This document shows, piece by piece, positions 27,837 through 38,018 of a DNA stretch of 64,000 bases. The position numbers and the translations under genes are program-made. The stretch lies in IMG/VR virus record IMGVR_UViG_3300027917_000018, positions 64,001 to 128,000 of that record. One strand, written 5' to 3'. This DNA comes from a virus. Lineage: Duplodnaviria > Caudoviricetes. Position 1 is the stretch's first letter, and the number at the start of each line of letters is the position of its first letter. Under the pieces are notes generated by a model. That model was not told where the DNA came from. It searched no databases and was given only the letters and a program-made list of their open reading frames with translations.

Positions 27837-30800
27837 ATGAGCTTAATCAACCTGACCGAAGATTTCCTCTACGACCGGCTGCCCGAGGGGCTGATCCAGC
27901 TGGACGAGAGGGGTCTGATCCAGGCTGTCCTCGGTGGGTTTCAGGACCGCATCGAGGATTTGCGCTTCTACGCCAAGCGCTTCCAAAGCTTCTACACGCC
28001 GATCCCCGAGGCGCTTTATCGCCCAAACGTCGTGCTGGTCACTTATCGCACCGATCAGGGGCGCGACATCACGCGGAGCATTGACCTGGAGACCGAAACG
28101 CCGCAGGACGGGACGAGCGACCTGCTGGTATGGGCCGCCACGCAGCTGAATGTCGATACGGACCGAGTCTCCAACGCCCGCTATGGCGTGGACCCGCTGC
28201 GAGACATCGAACCCAGCCTGCTCGATTACCTGGCCACCAACGTCGGGGCCGTCCTCTACGCCAGCGCGATCCTCAAGGAGAGCCCGTCGGTTACGACCAG
28301 CACGGGCACACTGACCGCCGCCAATTACGCCTACAGTAAGCTCTTGGAGACGTACTTCCCTCGGCTCAAGTTCAAGGGCACGGCCAAGAGCTTCGAGGCG
28401 CTTGGCAAACTGCTGGGATGGGATGACGTGCGGGTCACGCCGCTTTGGGGCCGGGTGAGCCCACGGCTGCCAAACGATCCAGGCAGCGACGTGAACGACC
28501 CGGACTTCTCGGAGATGCCGGAATTCTGGCCGCAGCAAACGATCGGGCCTTTTTACGACCCGCTCGACCAGGCCGATGGGCCTTTTTACGACTGGACCGG
28601 GACCGCGTCGGCGGGCACTGCGTCAACGAAGTTTTACAGCCAGGTCGTAAACGGATTTCAGCCGTACGTGGAGGTTCTCGTGACCGGGACCGCCTCCGGC
28701 ACGGTCATCCAGCACCCGTCCAGCGGCAGTTACGTGCTGGCCGACGGAGCGCCGCACCAAAAGGCGATGGTCGACGCCGGGGACATTCAGTTCCGGGCGC
28801 TGGGCGAGGGCGAAAGCTACAACGGCGTCACGGTCACCGTCTTCGACGTGGTGGACGCGGACTTGCGGGGCGTCAACGTGGATGGACGCCTTTCCTCGAT
28901 CAAGTACCGGACCAGCTTCTACAACCTGGGTCTGACCATCACATCGGAGAAGGCGCAAGCGGTTTTCGGAACCCTGACGGCCAAGGCCAACAAGGACCTG
29001 GCGGTCGCGCCCCACGAGTACCAGAGCTTTGTCGGCAACCTCACGGCGGTCAGCCCCTACCGGCCATTCACCAGCGGCACCGTGGCCCTGGACACGCTGA
29101 CCACGGACTGGCTGACGCCGTTTACCGGGACGATTTCAACCTACACCGAGCGTCGGGAAGCCGGGTTGGGCGATCGGCAGGAGAATTGGGACGACCTGTC
29201 CCGCGCCGGAGCCCAGGCCACGCAGGCGCTGGAGGAAGTGCGGGCCGCCACCCGGCGTCCTCGCGTCAGCTCCTTCGGCTATCTGCAAAAGGACCAGGTG
29301 GGCTACGCGCCCTATCCGGCGCAGGACTGCCTGTTTACACTTTACGGTTCGATCGTCGCGGGGACGTATCACGGCACGTTCAGCACTTACCCGCTGCCGC
29401 CCTATTACGCCGACGTAGGCTATGTGAGCGGTGGCTTTGTGACCGTTTTCGACGCGGGGACCAATCCGGCCTTTCCAGGCATCGTCACCTATCAAAATTG
29501 CGCGGACGGCGGGACGATCGCGGGTACGATCGGCTACACCGGCACAGGCACGAACTCCTATTTGTTTACGGCGACGGGCACGTGGCCTCAATGGGGTACT
29601 GTTTGTGCGCTGTTCACGGTGACCGACACTGAAGTTGTCCGGCCAGAGCCCTTCAGTTGGTCGACCGGCACGACGGTCCTGGCTGCCTTGGCGGATTACG
29701 GCCTGGCGGGCACGAACCACGATGAGGTCGCCGCGCTCATCAACAGCTGGAGCCCGCAGGCGGTCGTGGCGATGGGCGACAACAACTACCCGGACGGACA
29801 GGCGGCCACGATTGCGGCCAATAACGTCGGGTACGAGAGCTACATTGTCAGCGACCGTTTCTTCCCGGCGATCGGCAACCACGATTACTGCTGCTCCTCG
29901 ACCGGGACCGACCTCACGCCGCACCTGACCTATTTCTTTGACGGCACCGCTCCAGGCGAAGGTGGTCGCTACTACAGCCGCCGGATCGGCAACGTCGAAA
30001 TCTTCTGCCTCAACGCGGGCTGGAACAGCAGCCAGGCAGCGGCAGCCGTCGGCGACCCTTATTACGTGACCACGCAGGAGCCCAGCGGGAACAGCCTGAC
30101 CAGCACCCAGGCGCTCTGGCTCAAGCAGGCCCTCCAGGAATCGACGGCGACGTGGAAAATCGTTTACAGCCATTACCCGCCCTACGCGTCGGAGACCACA
30201 ACGAACAACTATGCGCCCGGTTACCCAAGGCTGCGCTGGCCGTTCAAGGCGTGGGGTGCTGATCTGTACCTGGCCGGGCACGTTCACGCCTACGAGCGGC
30301 TGGAGGTCGATGGCCTGACCTACATTACGTGCGGCGTGGGCGGGGCGGGAAATCGCGTCTTCGACGGTTACGTGTCTCCAGGGAGCGTGGTCCGCTATGC
30401 GCCCTTGGGCGCAACGACCGAGCATGGGGCGCTCCGCATCTTCGCGACCGGCCAAGGGCTCCAGATTGATTTCATTCTCGACACCGGCCAGGTCATCGAC
30501 CGCGTGTTCTTGGACGCCACCAAGAAGTATCTGGCGCGGCCCGAGGACGAGATTGACGACGATGAGGTCTACGGCACCGCCGACATGTACCCGTGGCGGC
30601 GCGACATCGTGGGCAACGGCGAGCTGGTCGAGCAGGACTACTACACGGCTGGCACCAACAACCTGGCCGTCTCGATCCTGGAGAAGACCATGACCGTGCC
30701 GGACCAGACCGGTGCGGAATACGACGTTTACGCGATTAAAGGCCAGGAGCCTTACCGTCTGGTGGCGGCGCTTCGCGCCACGAGTCCGGCCTCGGATTAC

Positions 30801-33125
30801 GTGCCCGGCCAGCCCAGCGTGGCCTTCAGCGGCACGTTCCGGGATCAGGCTGGCCTCGGGGCCGACGACCTCAATCCGTACGTCAACCCACACGACCCGG
30901 ACAATTTCCGAACCCAATTCAGCCGGATTGACTACGACACGGTTTTCAATCCCGGCTGGGCGATTTACAACGCGGGCCTGGTTCAGGGCGTTTTGGTCGC
31001 CGACCCGGACAAGTTCGGCGGGGCCTACCACACCGAGAACCTGGTGGGCTGGCTGCCGTTTAACGAGCACCCGCTTGATGACCTCACTGTCACGGATCAC
31101 GCCCGCACGCTGGCTGTGAGCCAGTTTCTGAACGCAGCACCCGAGGACCGCGTTTGGGACGACACCTTTGGGTGGGTCCTCTACATGCGGCCCGGTGCCA
31201 CACTTCAGGTTTTCGCCGACCGGGAGATGACGACCGAGGGGCTGATGACCTTCTGGATCAACGTGGACTCGACCACAACCGGCCCCACACAGGAAATCAT
31301 CTTTGAGTTCGGCCCGATGCGCTGGACGTTGGACGCCGGGGCCAACCAGATCACGTCCTGGGGCAATGTTCCTGGGGTTGGCTGGACGGTTAGCTCCAAC
31401 TACCCTGTGACGCCCGGCCAATGGCATCTGTTCGGTATGGGATTCACCACGACCGCCGACGTGTTCCTCGATGGCGACCTGTCATCGTTCAACTATTCGG
31501 CGCTCGGCGGAGGCGGCCTGGTGGCCACAACCGACGACACGGTTCTGTCGCTGTCCGGCAAGTCGCGGCGCTACAAGATTCACGACCTGCGCATTTGGAC
31601 CGAGGTCAAGACCTACGGTCAGATGGAGCTGGTCCACAACTACCAGCCGAGGCCGACGCAAACCCTTTACAGCCTGGGCCACATTCTGGCCGCCAACGAT
31701 GGCGACCGGTTTGGGCTGAAAGTGCTGCCCCGTGGCTGGCTGGTTCCAGCACAGCTTCCGGCCTGGGTTCGCACGCCCAAGTACGCCCGCGTGGAGCGCT
31801 ACGACGGCGGCGGGGAATACCAGGGCGAGGCGCGTTTTAAGGAGGTCGGGCTCGGCGGCGGACAGATGCCTCCCTACAATTGGCAATTGGGCACGCAGGG
31901 GCCGACTTTGACCGGCGCTGGGACTGTGGTGGTAAGCACGCAGATCGGCGCGTACCCCGGCACGAACGCCTACTGGGGCAAAGATTCGATTCCCGGCACC
32001 TATATCGAGTTGAGCGGTTCGACGGCGAGCGGGTCGATCGCCGTGGTTCAGACGTGGGGAAGCGGTGGACTGCCGTGGCCGCACCACATGGAGGCGACCA
32101 ATCCCTGCTTTGACGCGGTGTGGGTGCCGGACCAAACTGGCCACGTTTACAAAGTCACGCTGGAGGCTGGCTCGGATTACACCGCCAGGTTTGTGGCGAC
32201 TCCGGGCACCTACGGTAACCAGGAGGAGACCGGCGCGCACGTGGGTTTGAGTGGCACGACGGCGGCGAACTACCTGGTCGTGACCGGCTACGGATCGGTT
32301 GTTCAGCAGCCCTACGCGGGGACACTTACCACGCCTCCGCTTTACATGTACCTCCATGACGTGCTGCTGGAGGATGTGGGCGGCTCCACGACCTACAACC
32401 GGTGGACTGATCCGAACGTGGATGGGCAGTCCATTGGCTACCCGACCATCGATCAAGCTGGTGAAATCTCGCTGACCAACAGCACCAGCCTGCGGGCCGG
32501 AACCTACCGGCTCAAGGTGACCAGCGGCAACTTGGGCAAGGTTGACGAGGCGTTCGACGGATTCAGGGTGCTCATTACCGTTGGTGACGCCACCATCGAC
32601 CGGACACTGCTGGCAGGCTACGGCGGCAACAACTTCACCGGCACGGATGAATTTGAGTTCAGCCTGGACCACGACATCGACGGTGAGTGGTTGCTCACTT
32701 TCGACTGGACCAATCCCTATGAGGACGTGACACGGGGCACGATCCGCCAACTGGTCATTTACGGCTACCAGCTCCGGCGGCTGGAGACCAACATTTACAA
32801 GGTTGACGTTCAGGTCGCCGGGACGGAGCCCGACGTGGAACGCATGGCTATCTTTGGTGAGACGGGCGACGGCGGCGTGACGCCCGGCGGCTGGATGGCC
32901 CAGTACAACGACTACGGCACGGTCGCGACTTGGCGGCACGAGGGCACGGTTTACCCCTCCAACGACACGCTGACCAGCCGGTACCCGTTGGCGAATTTGC
33001 TCACCGGGATGACCGGGGACAAGCGGGAGGACGTTCTATTCACTGTCTACGGCACCCGTAGCTGGTTTGTCCTGCCGACGGCCTCGACAACCACCTTGAG
33101 CGGGACCTCGACCATTGTGACATGA
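27837..33125 (+). CDS. Large baseplate/tail protein with inserted metallophosphoesterase and LamG domains
   Basis: N-terminal LLDYLA...LKFKGTAKSFEALGKLLGW wedge-like block; DYG/GDNNY/GNHD/H/GHVH motifs; GWLPFNE...IHDLRIW; GTAGTTA at 27822-27828. Confidence 0.8.
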   Translation: MSLINLTEDFLYDRLPEGLIQLDERGLIQAVLGGFQDRIEDLRFYAKRFQSFYTPIPEALYRPNVVLVTYRTDQGRDITRSIDLETETPQDGTSDLLVWAATQLNVDTDRVSNARYGVDPLRDIEPSLLDYLATNVGAVLYASAILKESPSVTTSTGTLTAANYAYSKLLETYFPRLKFKGTAKSFEALGKLLGWDDVRVTPLWGRVSPRLPNDPGSDVNDPDFSEMPEFWPQQTIGPFYDPLDQADGPFYDWTGTASAGTASTKFYSQVVNGFQPYVEVLVTGTASGTVIQHPSSGSYVLADGAPHQKAMVDAGDIQFRALGEGESYNGVTVTVFDVVDADLRGVNVDGRLSSIKYRTSFYNLGLTITSEKAQAVFGTLTAKANKDLAVAPHEYQSFVGNLTAVSPYRPFTSGTVALDTLTTDWLTPFTGTISTYTERREAGLGDRQENWDDLSRAGAQATQALEEVRAATRRPRVSSFGYLQKDQVGYAPYPAQDCLFTLYGSIVAGTYHGTFSTYPLPPYYADVGYVSGGFVTVFDAGTNPAFPGIVTYQNCADGGTIAGTIGYTGTGTNSYLFTATGTWPQWGTVCALFTVTDTEVVRPEPFSWSTGTTVLAALADYGLAGTNHDEVAALINSWSPQAVVAMGDNNYPDGQAATIAANNVGYESYIVSDRFFPAIGNHDYCCSSTGTDLTPHLTYFFDGTAPGEGGRYYSRRIGNVEIFCLNAGWNSSQAAAAVGDPYYVTTQEPSGNSLTSTQALWLKQALQESTATWKIVYSHYPPYASETTTNNYAPGYPRLRWPFKAWGADLYLAGHVHAYERLEVDGLTYITCGVGGAGNRVFDGYVSPGSVVRYAPLGATTEHGALRIFATGQGLQIDFILDTGQVIDRVFLDATKKYLARPEDEIDDDEVYGTADMYPWRRDIVGNGELVEQDYYTAGTNNLAVSILEKTMTVPDQTGAEYDVYAIKGQEPYRLVAALRATSPASDYVPGQPSVAFSGTFRDQAGLGADDLNPYVNPHDPDNFRTQFSRIDYDTVFNPGWAIYNAGLVQGVLVADPDKFGGAYHTENLVGWLPFNEHPLDDLTVTDHARTLAVSQFLNAAPEDRVWDDTFGWVLYMRPGATLQVFADREMTTEGLMTFWINVDSTTTGPTQEIIFEFGPMRWTLDAGANQITSWGNVPGVGWTVSSNYPVTPGQWHLFGMGFTTTADVFLDGDLSSFNYSALGGGGLVATTDDTVLSLSGKSRRYKIHDLRIWTEVKTYGQMELVHNYQPRPTQTLYSLGHILAANDGDRFGLKVLPRGWLVPAQLPAWVRTPKYARVERYDGGGEYQGEARFKEVGLGGGQMPPYNWQLGTQGPTLTGAGTVVVSTQIGAYPGTNAYWGKDSIPGTYIELSGSTASGSIAVVQTWGSGGLPWPHHMEATNPCFDAVWVPDQTGHVYKVTLEAGSDYTARFVATPGTYGNQEETGAHVGLSGTTAANYLVVTGYGSVVQQPYAGTLTTPPLYMYLHDVLLEDVGGSTTYNRWTDPNVDGQSIGYPTIDQAGEISLTNSTSLRAGTYRLKVTSGNLGKVDEAFDGFRVLITVGDATIDRTLLAGYGGNNFTGTDEFEFSLDHDIDGEWLLTFDWTNPYEDVTRGTIRQLVIYGYQLRRLETNIYKVDVQVAGTEPDVERMAIFGETGDGGVTPGGWMAQYNDYGTVATWRHEGTVYPSNDTLTSRYPLANLLTGMTGDKREDVLFTVYGTRSWFVLPTASTTTLSGTSTIVT

Positions 33126-34393
33126 ATCAGGTAGGCGACGACAAGACGTTTTACGTGGCGGCCCACACCAGCGGTGCCCGCTACGTCTGGAAGTACTGGG
33201 ACGGGGCCACGGCGGTCTCGGCGCAGAGCGCTGGCAGCAACGTCAAGCGCCTCAACCTGGGCGGCAATCCGGCGGAGGGTTTCACCGTGCCGGTGCGGTG
33301 CGAGGTCGTCGACCCGATCAAAGGCGAAACCGTTTACATCACGACGGGCCGCCTCCCGGTCAACAACCAGCCGACGCTTTACGGCAGCCCGACGGTCAGC
33401 AACAACGACGCGGCTTTCCCCTACCAGACCACCATCGCGATCCGGGCTTATGACTTGGAGGACGCCGGAATTCAGTTCCTGTGGTACTCCGGCAGCAACC
33501 CGGTTAGCGGGTTGGACACGACTTCGGCGAGCATCAGCGTTGAGGGCACCTACTACGGCACGCTGACGGGCCTGACCCGCCAAACCTACCTCAACCAGTT
33601 TAGCACGACGATTTACGGATCGGGCACGACGATGACCTGCAAGATCATCGACGGGGACGCCGGGACGCGCAGGCTGAATTTCGACTTCCGGGGCTACGAT
33701 CCGGCGGCCCCGTCCTTCTCGGTGGCCGCCACGCCCGACGCGCTGACCGCGCAAGCTACCGCCCTGACGACTCAGTTCATCGCGCCGGGCCAGGTGGCCA
33801 ACTTGAGCGCCTACGCCTATGATCCGGTGCCCGGCCAGTTGGTGTTTACGTGGGACCTGAACGGCACCAACGGCTGGAGCGCCCCGGACATTCCCTTCAT
33901 CTACGCCAACGACGGCACGTCGGTCGAGCAGGGCTACAAGAGCGAGTGGCAGCGGCAGTTGGAGGACGAGACGGTCGGTGGCCGAAAGCGGGTGATTGTT
34001 TGGGTGACCAATCCGACCACGAACAAAACCACCAGCACCTATTTCGACATCAACACGGCCATTAACCAGGCCCCGAGCTTCAGCAGCGTCGACATGTACG
34101 ACCCCATTAGCGGGGAGCAGATCACCAGCATCACCAAGGCGGCCTTGCCCACCAGGACCCTCGTCCGGTTTTCCGGCACGGCCAGCGATCCCAACTCGGA
34201 CGTGGTGACCTACAAGTGGGATTTCACGGTTCCGGTTTCGCCCAGCACCTACACACTTTATGGGCGCGATGCGTTCGTCGATGTCAGCGATTGGCCGTCC
34301 GGGGCCTACAGCACTTTGGGTATCGTCACGGCCTACGACCGGTTCGAGCAGGCCAGCAGCCCGGCCAACATTCCCAGTCTGACGGTGACTTAA
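33122..34393 (+). CDS. Virion protein with PKD/Ig-like repeats
   Basis: NNQP...AYDLED..IQFLW, AYDPVPGQLVFTWD, NQAP...ASDPNSDVVTYKWD repeats. Confidence 0.75.
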   Translation: MNQVGDDKTFYVAAHTSGARYVWKYWDGATAVSAQSAGSNVKRLNLGGNPAEGFTVPVRCEVVDPIKGETVYITTGRLPVNNQPTLYGSPTVSNNDAAFPYQTTIAIRAYDLEDAGIQFLWYSGSNPVSGLDTTSASISVEGTYYGTLTGLTRQTYLNQFSTTIYGSGTTMTCKIIDGDAGTRRLNFDFRGYDPAAPSFSVAATPDALTAQATALTTQFIAPGQVANLSAYAYDPVPGQLVFTWDLNGTNGWSAPDIPFIYANDGTSVEQGYKSEWQRQLEDETVGGRKRVIVWVTNPTTNKTTSTYFDINTAINQAPSFSSVDMYDPISGEQITSITKAALPTRTLVRFSGTASDPNSDVVTYKWDFTVPVSPSTYTLYGRDAFVDVSDWPSGAYSTLGIVTAYDRFEQASSPANIPSLTVT

Positions 34394-34402
34394 AGATTAT
34401 TG

Positions 34403-34431
34403 TTGACGGCTAGTTGCTTCAGTGCCATATT
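34403..34431 (+). promoter_or_regulatory. Sigma70-like promoter
   Basis: TTGACG-17 nt-(TG-c)CATATT, 9 nt before ATG 34441. Confidence 0.65.
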
Positions 34432-34440
34432 ACTCCCGCT

Positions 34441-35094
34441 ATGGCACTAAAACGTCTTAAAGTCAAAACGGTCCCGGCCTCTGCGAAGCCGGGAGAAATT
34501 CCTGAAATCTCCATCGAGGGCGACCTCGTTCGGCAGTACAACAAGGCCAGCGATGCGGCCAAGCAGGCGGAGGCCACGATGAAGGAGCTGAAGCCCGATG
34601 TCCTGGAAATTGGGCAGGGCGAGGTCCTCACGCGCTCCGTTGCCGACCCCATTCACCCGACCTTCACGGTCAAGCTGGTCGACGAGACTGGCGAGGCGCT
34701 GCGGGTCCAGTTCACCAAGCGCTATGGGCAGATTGCCGACGTGGACGCCTTGGAGCAGCTCTTCGAGGAAGCCGACGTGGACATCAACCAGCACGTTCAG
34801 GAGAAAGTGGTTGGTGTTTTCGATTCCAAGGTTTTCCTCGACGACAAGGGCGAGTTCAGCCGTAAGAAGTACGATGCCTACCTCAAGGCGGTACAGGCGG
34901 TCGCGGCCAAGTTCGGCGACAGCTGCCCGTTGTCCACCGACAAGCAGATCACGCCCAAGGATACGTGGCACGACAAGCGGTGGTCGGTCTTCACGAGCGT
35001 TGAATCCCAGGCCGAGCTGGTGCGTCTGATGCCCAATACGACTCAGATTGTGCCGGTCCGGGCCAAGAACGGCGACAAATTGCCTGCTGAGTAG
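34441..35094 (+). CDS. Hypothetical protein
   Basis: Start at ATG 34441; bracketed by its own promoter and terminator. Confidence 0.7.
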   Translation: MALKRLKVKTVPASAKPGEIPEISIEGDLVRQYNKASDAAKQAEATMKELKPDVLEIGQGEVLTRSVADPIHPTFTVKLVDETGEALRVQFTKRYGQIADVDALEQLFEEADVDINQHVQEKVVGVFDSKVFLDDKGEFSRKKYDAYLKAVQAVAAKFGDSCPLSTDKQITPKDTWHDKRWSVFTSVESQAELVRLMPNTTQIVPVRAKNGDKLPAE

Positions 35095-35120
35095 TCCCTA
35101 AGTCCCAGCCCAACCCCAGG

Positions 35121-35151
35121 CGGGCCACCAGCAATGGTGGCCCGTTCTTTT
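35121..35151 (+). terminator. Intrinsic terminator
   Basis: Perfect 10-bp stem CGGGCCACCA/TGGTGGCCCG, GCAA tetraloop, TTCTTTT tail. Confidence 0.8.
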
Positions 35152-35466
35152 ATGGTGATGAAGAACAACGGCAGACCCAAGCATCAGACAAAGCCAGAAC
35201 GTTTACGCGAGCGACTTCGGGGCCGACCAGACAACGACTTCAAAGTCGCTATGATTCAAGCCATTCAGAAGGTGGAAATAGTGAGCCATCCCAGCCAGCA
35301 GGAAGCCTTTGACCTGTTGGGCATGGCGATCACATTCTACGACCGCAAGGACGCGCTTCGGGCGCAACTGGCCATGTTTTTCGCCGGGGCCATCGCGGAT
35401 GACCGGGTGGCCGAAAAGGTCCGTGCCCTGGTGTTCTCCCATACGACCGTCCCCAAGCGGAATTGA
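35152..35466 (+). CDS. Hypothetical protein
   Basis: ORF after terminator; start uncertain (35152/35158). Confidence 0.55.
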   Translation: MVMKNNGRPKHQTKPERLRERLRGRPDNDFKVAMIQAIQKVEIVSHPSQQEAFDLLGMAITFYDRKDALRAQLAMFFAGAIADDRVAEKVRALVFSHTTVPKRN

Positions 35467-35564
35467 AAATTATTGATTACCTGTAGCAGATCGTTTACAT
35501 TAGGTGTGTGCCTCATTACTGGTGGTTTTATGAGCCAGCACACCGGCAGCGCGGTCGGCATTCT

Positions 35565-36110
35565 ATGCAACCTGAATCAGTCAAAGAGAAAGCAGTCGAG
35601 GATTTCCGCCGTGGTGACCCCTTAAAGGACATTGCGATCCGTTACGGCGTATCCGAAGGATCGGTCAGTCTATGGGCCAAGGCGGCGGGCTTGCGCCGCA
35701 GCCGAGGTTGTCGGCCCAAGCTGCGGCCTAGCCGCACGGACTGGGAAATCGTCGAAGCCGTGCGCTCCGTGACCAACGGCCACCCGACGCTCAAGGAGAT
35801 TGGCGAGCAGTTCGGCGGCATGTCGCGGGCCGGGGTTCATCGCATCTACAAGAAATGGCGGCACTGGAAACCCAAGATGCCATTCCCGAAGGGCTCGGTG
35901 ATTCGGTACGGCAAGCACGACTACGAGGTCGTCGAGCCGGGACTTTTTGCCGGGCTGGTTCGTGGAATCGATACGGGCCGGACCCGCGAGGTTGAATGGG
36001 TGACCACAACCACACAGGCGGTCCTTCTCAAGGGCCGCCGCCGTTCAAAGACTCTTTCGTATGAGGAGCCTGTTTCAAACCATCGGAAGATGGCTCGACG
36101 GCTGGAATGA
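35565..36110 (+). CDS. Double helix-turn-helix DNA-binding protein
   Basis: LKDIAIRYGVSEGSVSLW and TLKEIGEQFGGMSRAGVHRIY. Confidence 0.7.
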   Translation: MQPESVKEKAVEDFRRGDPLKDIAIRYGVSEGSVSLWAKAAGLRRSRGCRPKLRPSRTDWEIVEAVRSVTNGHPTLKEIGEQFGGMSRAGVHRIYKKWRHWKPKMPFPKGSVIRYGKHDYEVVEPGLFAGLVRGIDTGRTREVEWVTTTTQAVLLKGRRRSKTLSYEEPVSNHRKMARRLE

Positions 36111-36198
36111 GCATCCGAGCCATATTATCACCCTTGGCGTCGTCGCCCTGATCCTGGGCGGGTTGGCCATAACCTTTGCGTTATTGGCCACCCCATGA
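36061..36198 (+). CDS. 45-aa single-pass membrane protein, not in ORF track
   Basis: ...HIITLGVVALILGGLAITFALLATP; ATGA-coupled to next gene. Confidence 0.55.
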   Translation: MRSLFQTIGRWLDGWNEHPSHIITLGVVALILGGLAITFALLATP

Positions 36199-36743
36199 GG
36201 ATTCGACTCAACCCAAACCGGGGCCGCCTGGCCTTAACCCTCGGAGGACTGATTGTCGGCATCATGCTTTTGATCGTCGGCTTCGCCGTCGTTTTCCTGC
36301 TCTTGCGTTTGGCCAAGATCAAGCCGCGTGAGCTTCCCGACGACGTTCAGGAGGAGATGGAGCGGGAGTACCCAGGCTACGAGACCAACCACAGCGCTCA
36401 GGCGTGGCCGGTACACTACGTTCCAGCGGCCCTGGACTTGGTAACGCCCGAACCCAACGCGCCGATTTACGAGAAGGTCCTCATCGACAACGACTTTCTG
36501 GTTCAAAAGTGCATCGACGGGACGCTGACCAACTGGCTGACCGAGTTCCACTGGATCATCAGCGGGTACTCCTTCGACATGGCTGAGGACGAGAACGGCG
36601 TGCCGTGGGTTTCCGGCTTTGCTGCGTTTACGAACGAGGGTGTCTCGTATCGAATGAAGGAGGACTACTCGGGCTTCGACATCCAAGTCGCGCCCGAGGT
36701 CATGGCCACCAACCGGGCGATGTTCTGGAGGACGACCAAGTAG
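36195..36743 (+). CDS. Single-pass membrane protein
   Basis: N-terminal hydrophobic helix LALTLGGLIVGIMLLIVGFAVVFLLL. Confidence 0.65.
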   Translation: MRIRLNPNRGRLALTLGGLIVGIMLLIVGFAVVFLLLRLAKIKPRELPDDVQEEMEREYPGYETNHSAQAWPVHYVPAALDLVTPEPNAPIYEKVLIDNDFLVQKCIDGTLTNWLTEFHWIISGYSFDMAEDENGVPWVSGFAAFTNEGVSYRMKEDYSGFDIQVAPEVMATNRAMFWRTTK

Positions 36744-36765
36744 TTCCGCGCCCTGTAATTAGGGT

Positions 36766-37278
36766 GTGATCTATCGGTTCCGCAGTCCCGCCTTCGTCGG
36801 TGCGCTCGGTGGACGGCCCAACGACCAAATCGAGGGCTATACCGCCGGGCCGTACGACACCTTCGAGGGGTACACGCCTGCCGACCCCGTCACCAAGACT
36901 CTGAACTACGGCTACGGCTGGACTGGCCCGTGGGTTCTAGCCTCAAGCGAGTTTGGGGCGACGGCTGAGGATTCGTACGAGAGCTATCCGACACAAGACC
37001 CAATTGGCACGCTGAACCAGGGCACTGGCTGGCAGGGCCAATGGATCGCGTCAGACAGTGCTTACGGCCTTCAGTCCACAGAGACGTTTGAAGATTACGG
37101 CACCGGCCAGGTCACGGAAGTTTTGCAAGGCGGTACCAACTGGACCGGCACAGCTTCGTTCTTCCTGAACTACCTTGGCACCGAAACCTTTGAGTATGGA
37201 ACCGGGACAGCCGTTCCGTCGGCGATGATCGACGGCCTTGGATGGAACGGCACGACGAGCATCGAAACCAACGTTTAG
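36766..37278 (+). CDS. Repeat-containing virion-like protein
   Basis: Four [DE]-[TS]-[FY]-E...[LM]-x2/3-G-x2-W-x-G repeats; GTAATTA variant motif at 36755-36761. Confidence 0.7.
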   Translation: MIYRFRSPAFVGALGGRPNDQIEGYTAGPYDTFEGYTPADPVTKTLNYGYGWTGPWVLASSEFGATAEDSYESYPTQDPIGTLNQGTGWQGQWIASDSAYGLQSTETFEDYGTGQVTEVLQGGTNWTGTASFFLNYLGTETFEYGTGTAVPSAMIDGLGWNGTTSIETNV

Positions 37279-37280
37279 CT

Positions 37281-38015
37281 ATGGCACTGATTGGCCTGAC
37301 AACCTTCGGAGACGGCGACCACAAATACCTCCAGCTTGGCAACGAGGAATGGGGCCGCGAGTACTCAATGGGCACCAACTGGACCTTGCTGCGGGTTGTG
37401 GCGCTCGTAAACGTCGTGCCCAGCGGCACCAGCAACATCCCCAACGGCCATCTGCGCTTGGGCGTTTCAGCTGCCAGGGATGATCACCTTGGCAGTGGGA
37501 GCGCGGGATTATGGTACGGCTCAATCGCTTGTGGGAACAACACATCCGCTTCGTTGGTAGGTGGCGTTTGGACGTACAACGCGGGCGGCGGCGAGCCTTA
37601 TTTCAGCAGCTCCAGCCACTATCGCATGCGGTCTGTCGGCGGTGTGCTGAGCGGCAGCTCCAACGCGGGCGGCCATTACATTCCGACCACAGAAGGAACG
37701 CCGCGCCGGGGTATCCTGGCCACCGAATGCTACAAGAGCGGCCTGAACATGATTGTCGGGGCCAACTACGTTACGGCCTCGACAGTCGACTTCACGCTCA
37801 GTAATGCGATCGAGTTGGCTGAAACCGGGTTCACCAAAGTTTTGGGTGCAGGCTTCAGTGTAGCCGGTCAAACGGTCAACGGCGGGAGCACCACCTTTGG
37901 CGCTCACGACACGAACGCCGCGCTCTACGGGGACTCAATCGCCGCCCACATTTCCTGGAGTTCAACCGTCTATCCCCTACGTGTTTACGCCGTAGCCGTA
38001 GCCCGGATCGCCTAG
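37281..38015 (+). CDS. Putative fibre/receptor-binding protein (paralog A)
   Basis: G/S/T-rich; GTNW-x2-LR motif shared with next gene. Confidence 0.65.
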   Translation: MALIGLTTFGDGDHKYLQLGNEEWGREYSMGTNWTLLRVVALVNVVPSGTSNIPNGHLRLGVSAARDDHLGSGSAGLWYGSIACGNNTSASLVGGVWTYNAGGGEPYFSSSSHYRMRSVGGVLSGSSNAGGHYIPTTEGTPRRGILATECYKSGLNMIVGANYVTASTVDFTLSNAIELAETGFTKVLGAGFSVAGQTVNGGSTTFGAHDTNAALYGDSIAAHISWSSTVYPLRVYAVAVARIA

Positions 38016-38018
38016 CTT

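Noticed and set aside
29136-32939. Very long antisense ORFs (763 aa at 29136-31427, 485 aa at 31482-32939) and similar ones opposite the portal, helicase and Nudix genes
   Set aside because: Shadow frames of high-GC3 sense genes; R/A/G/V-rich with no motifs or start signals.
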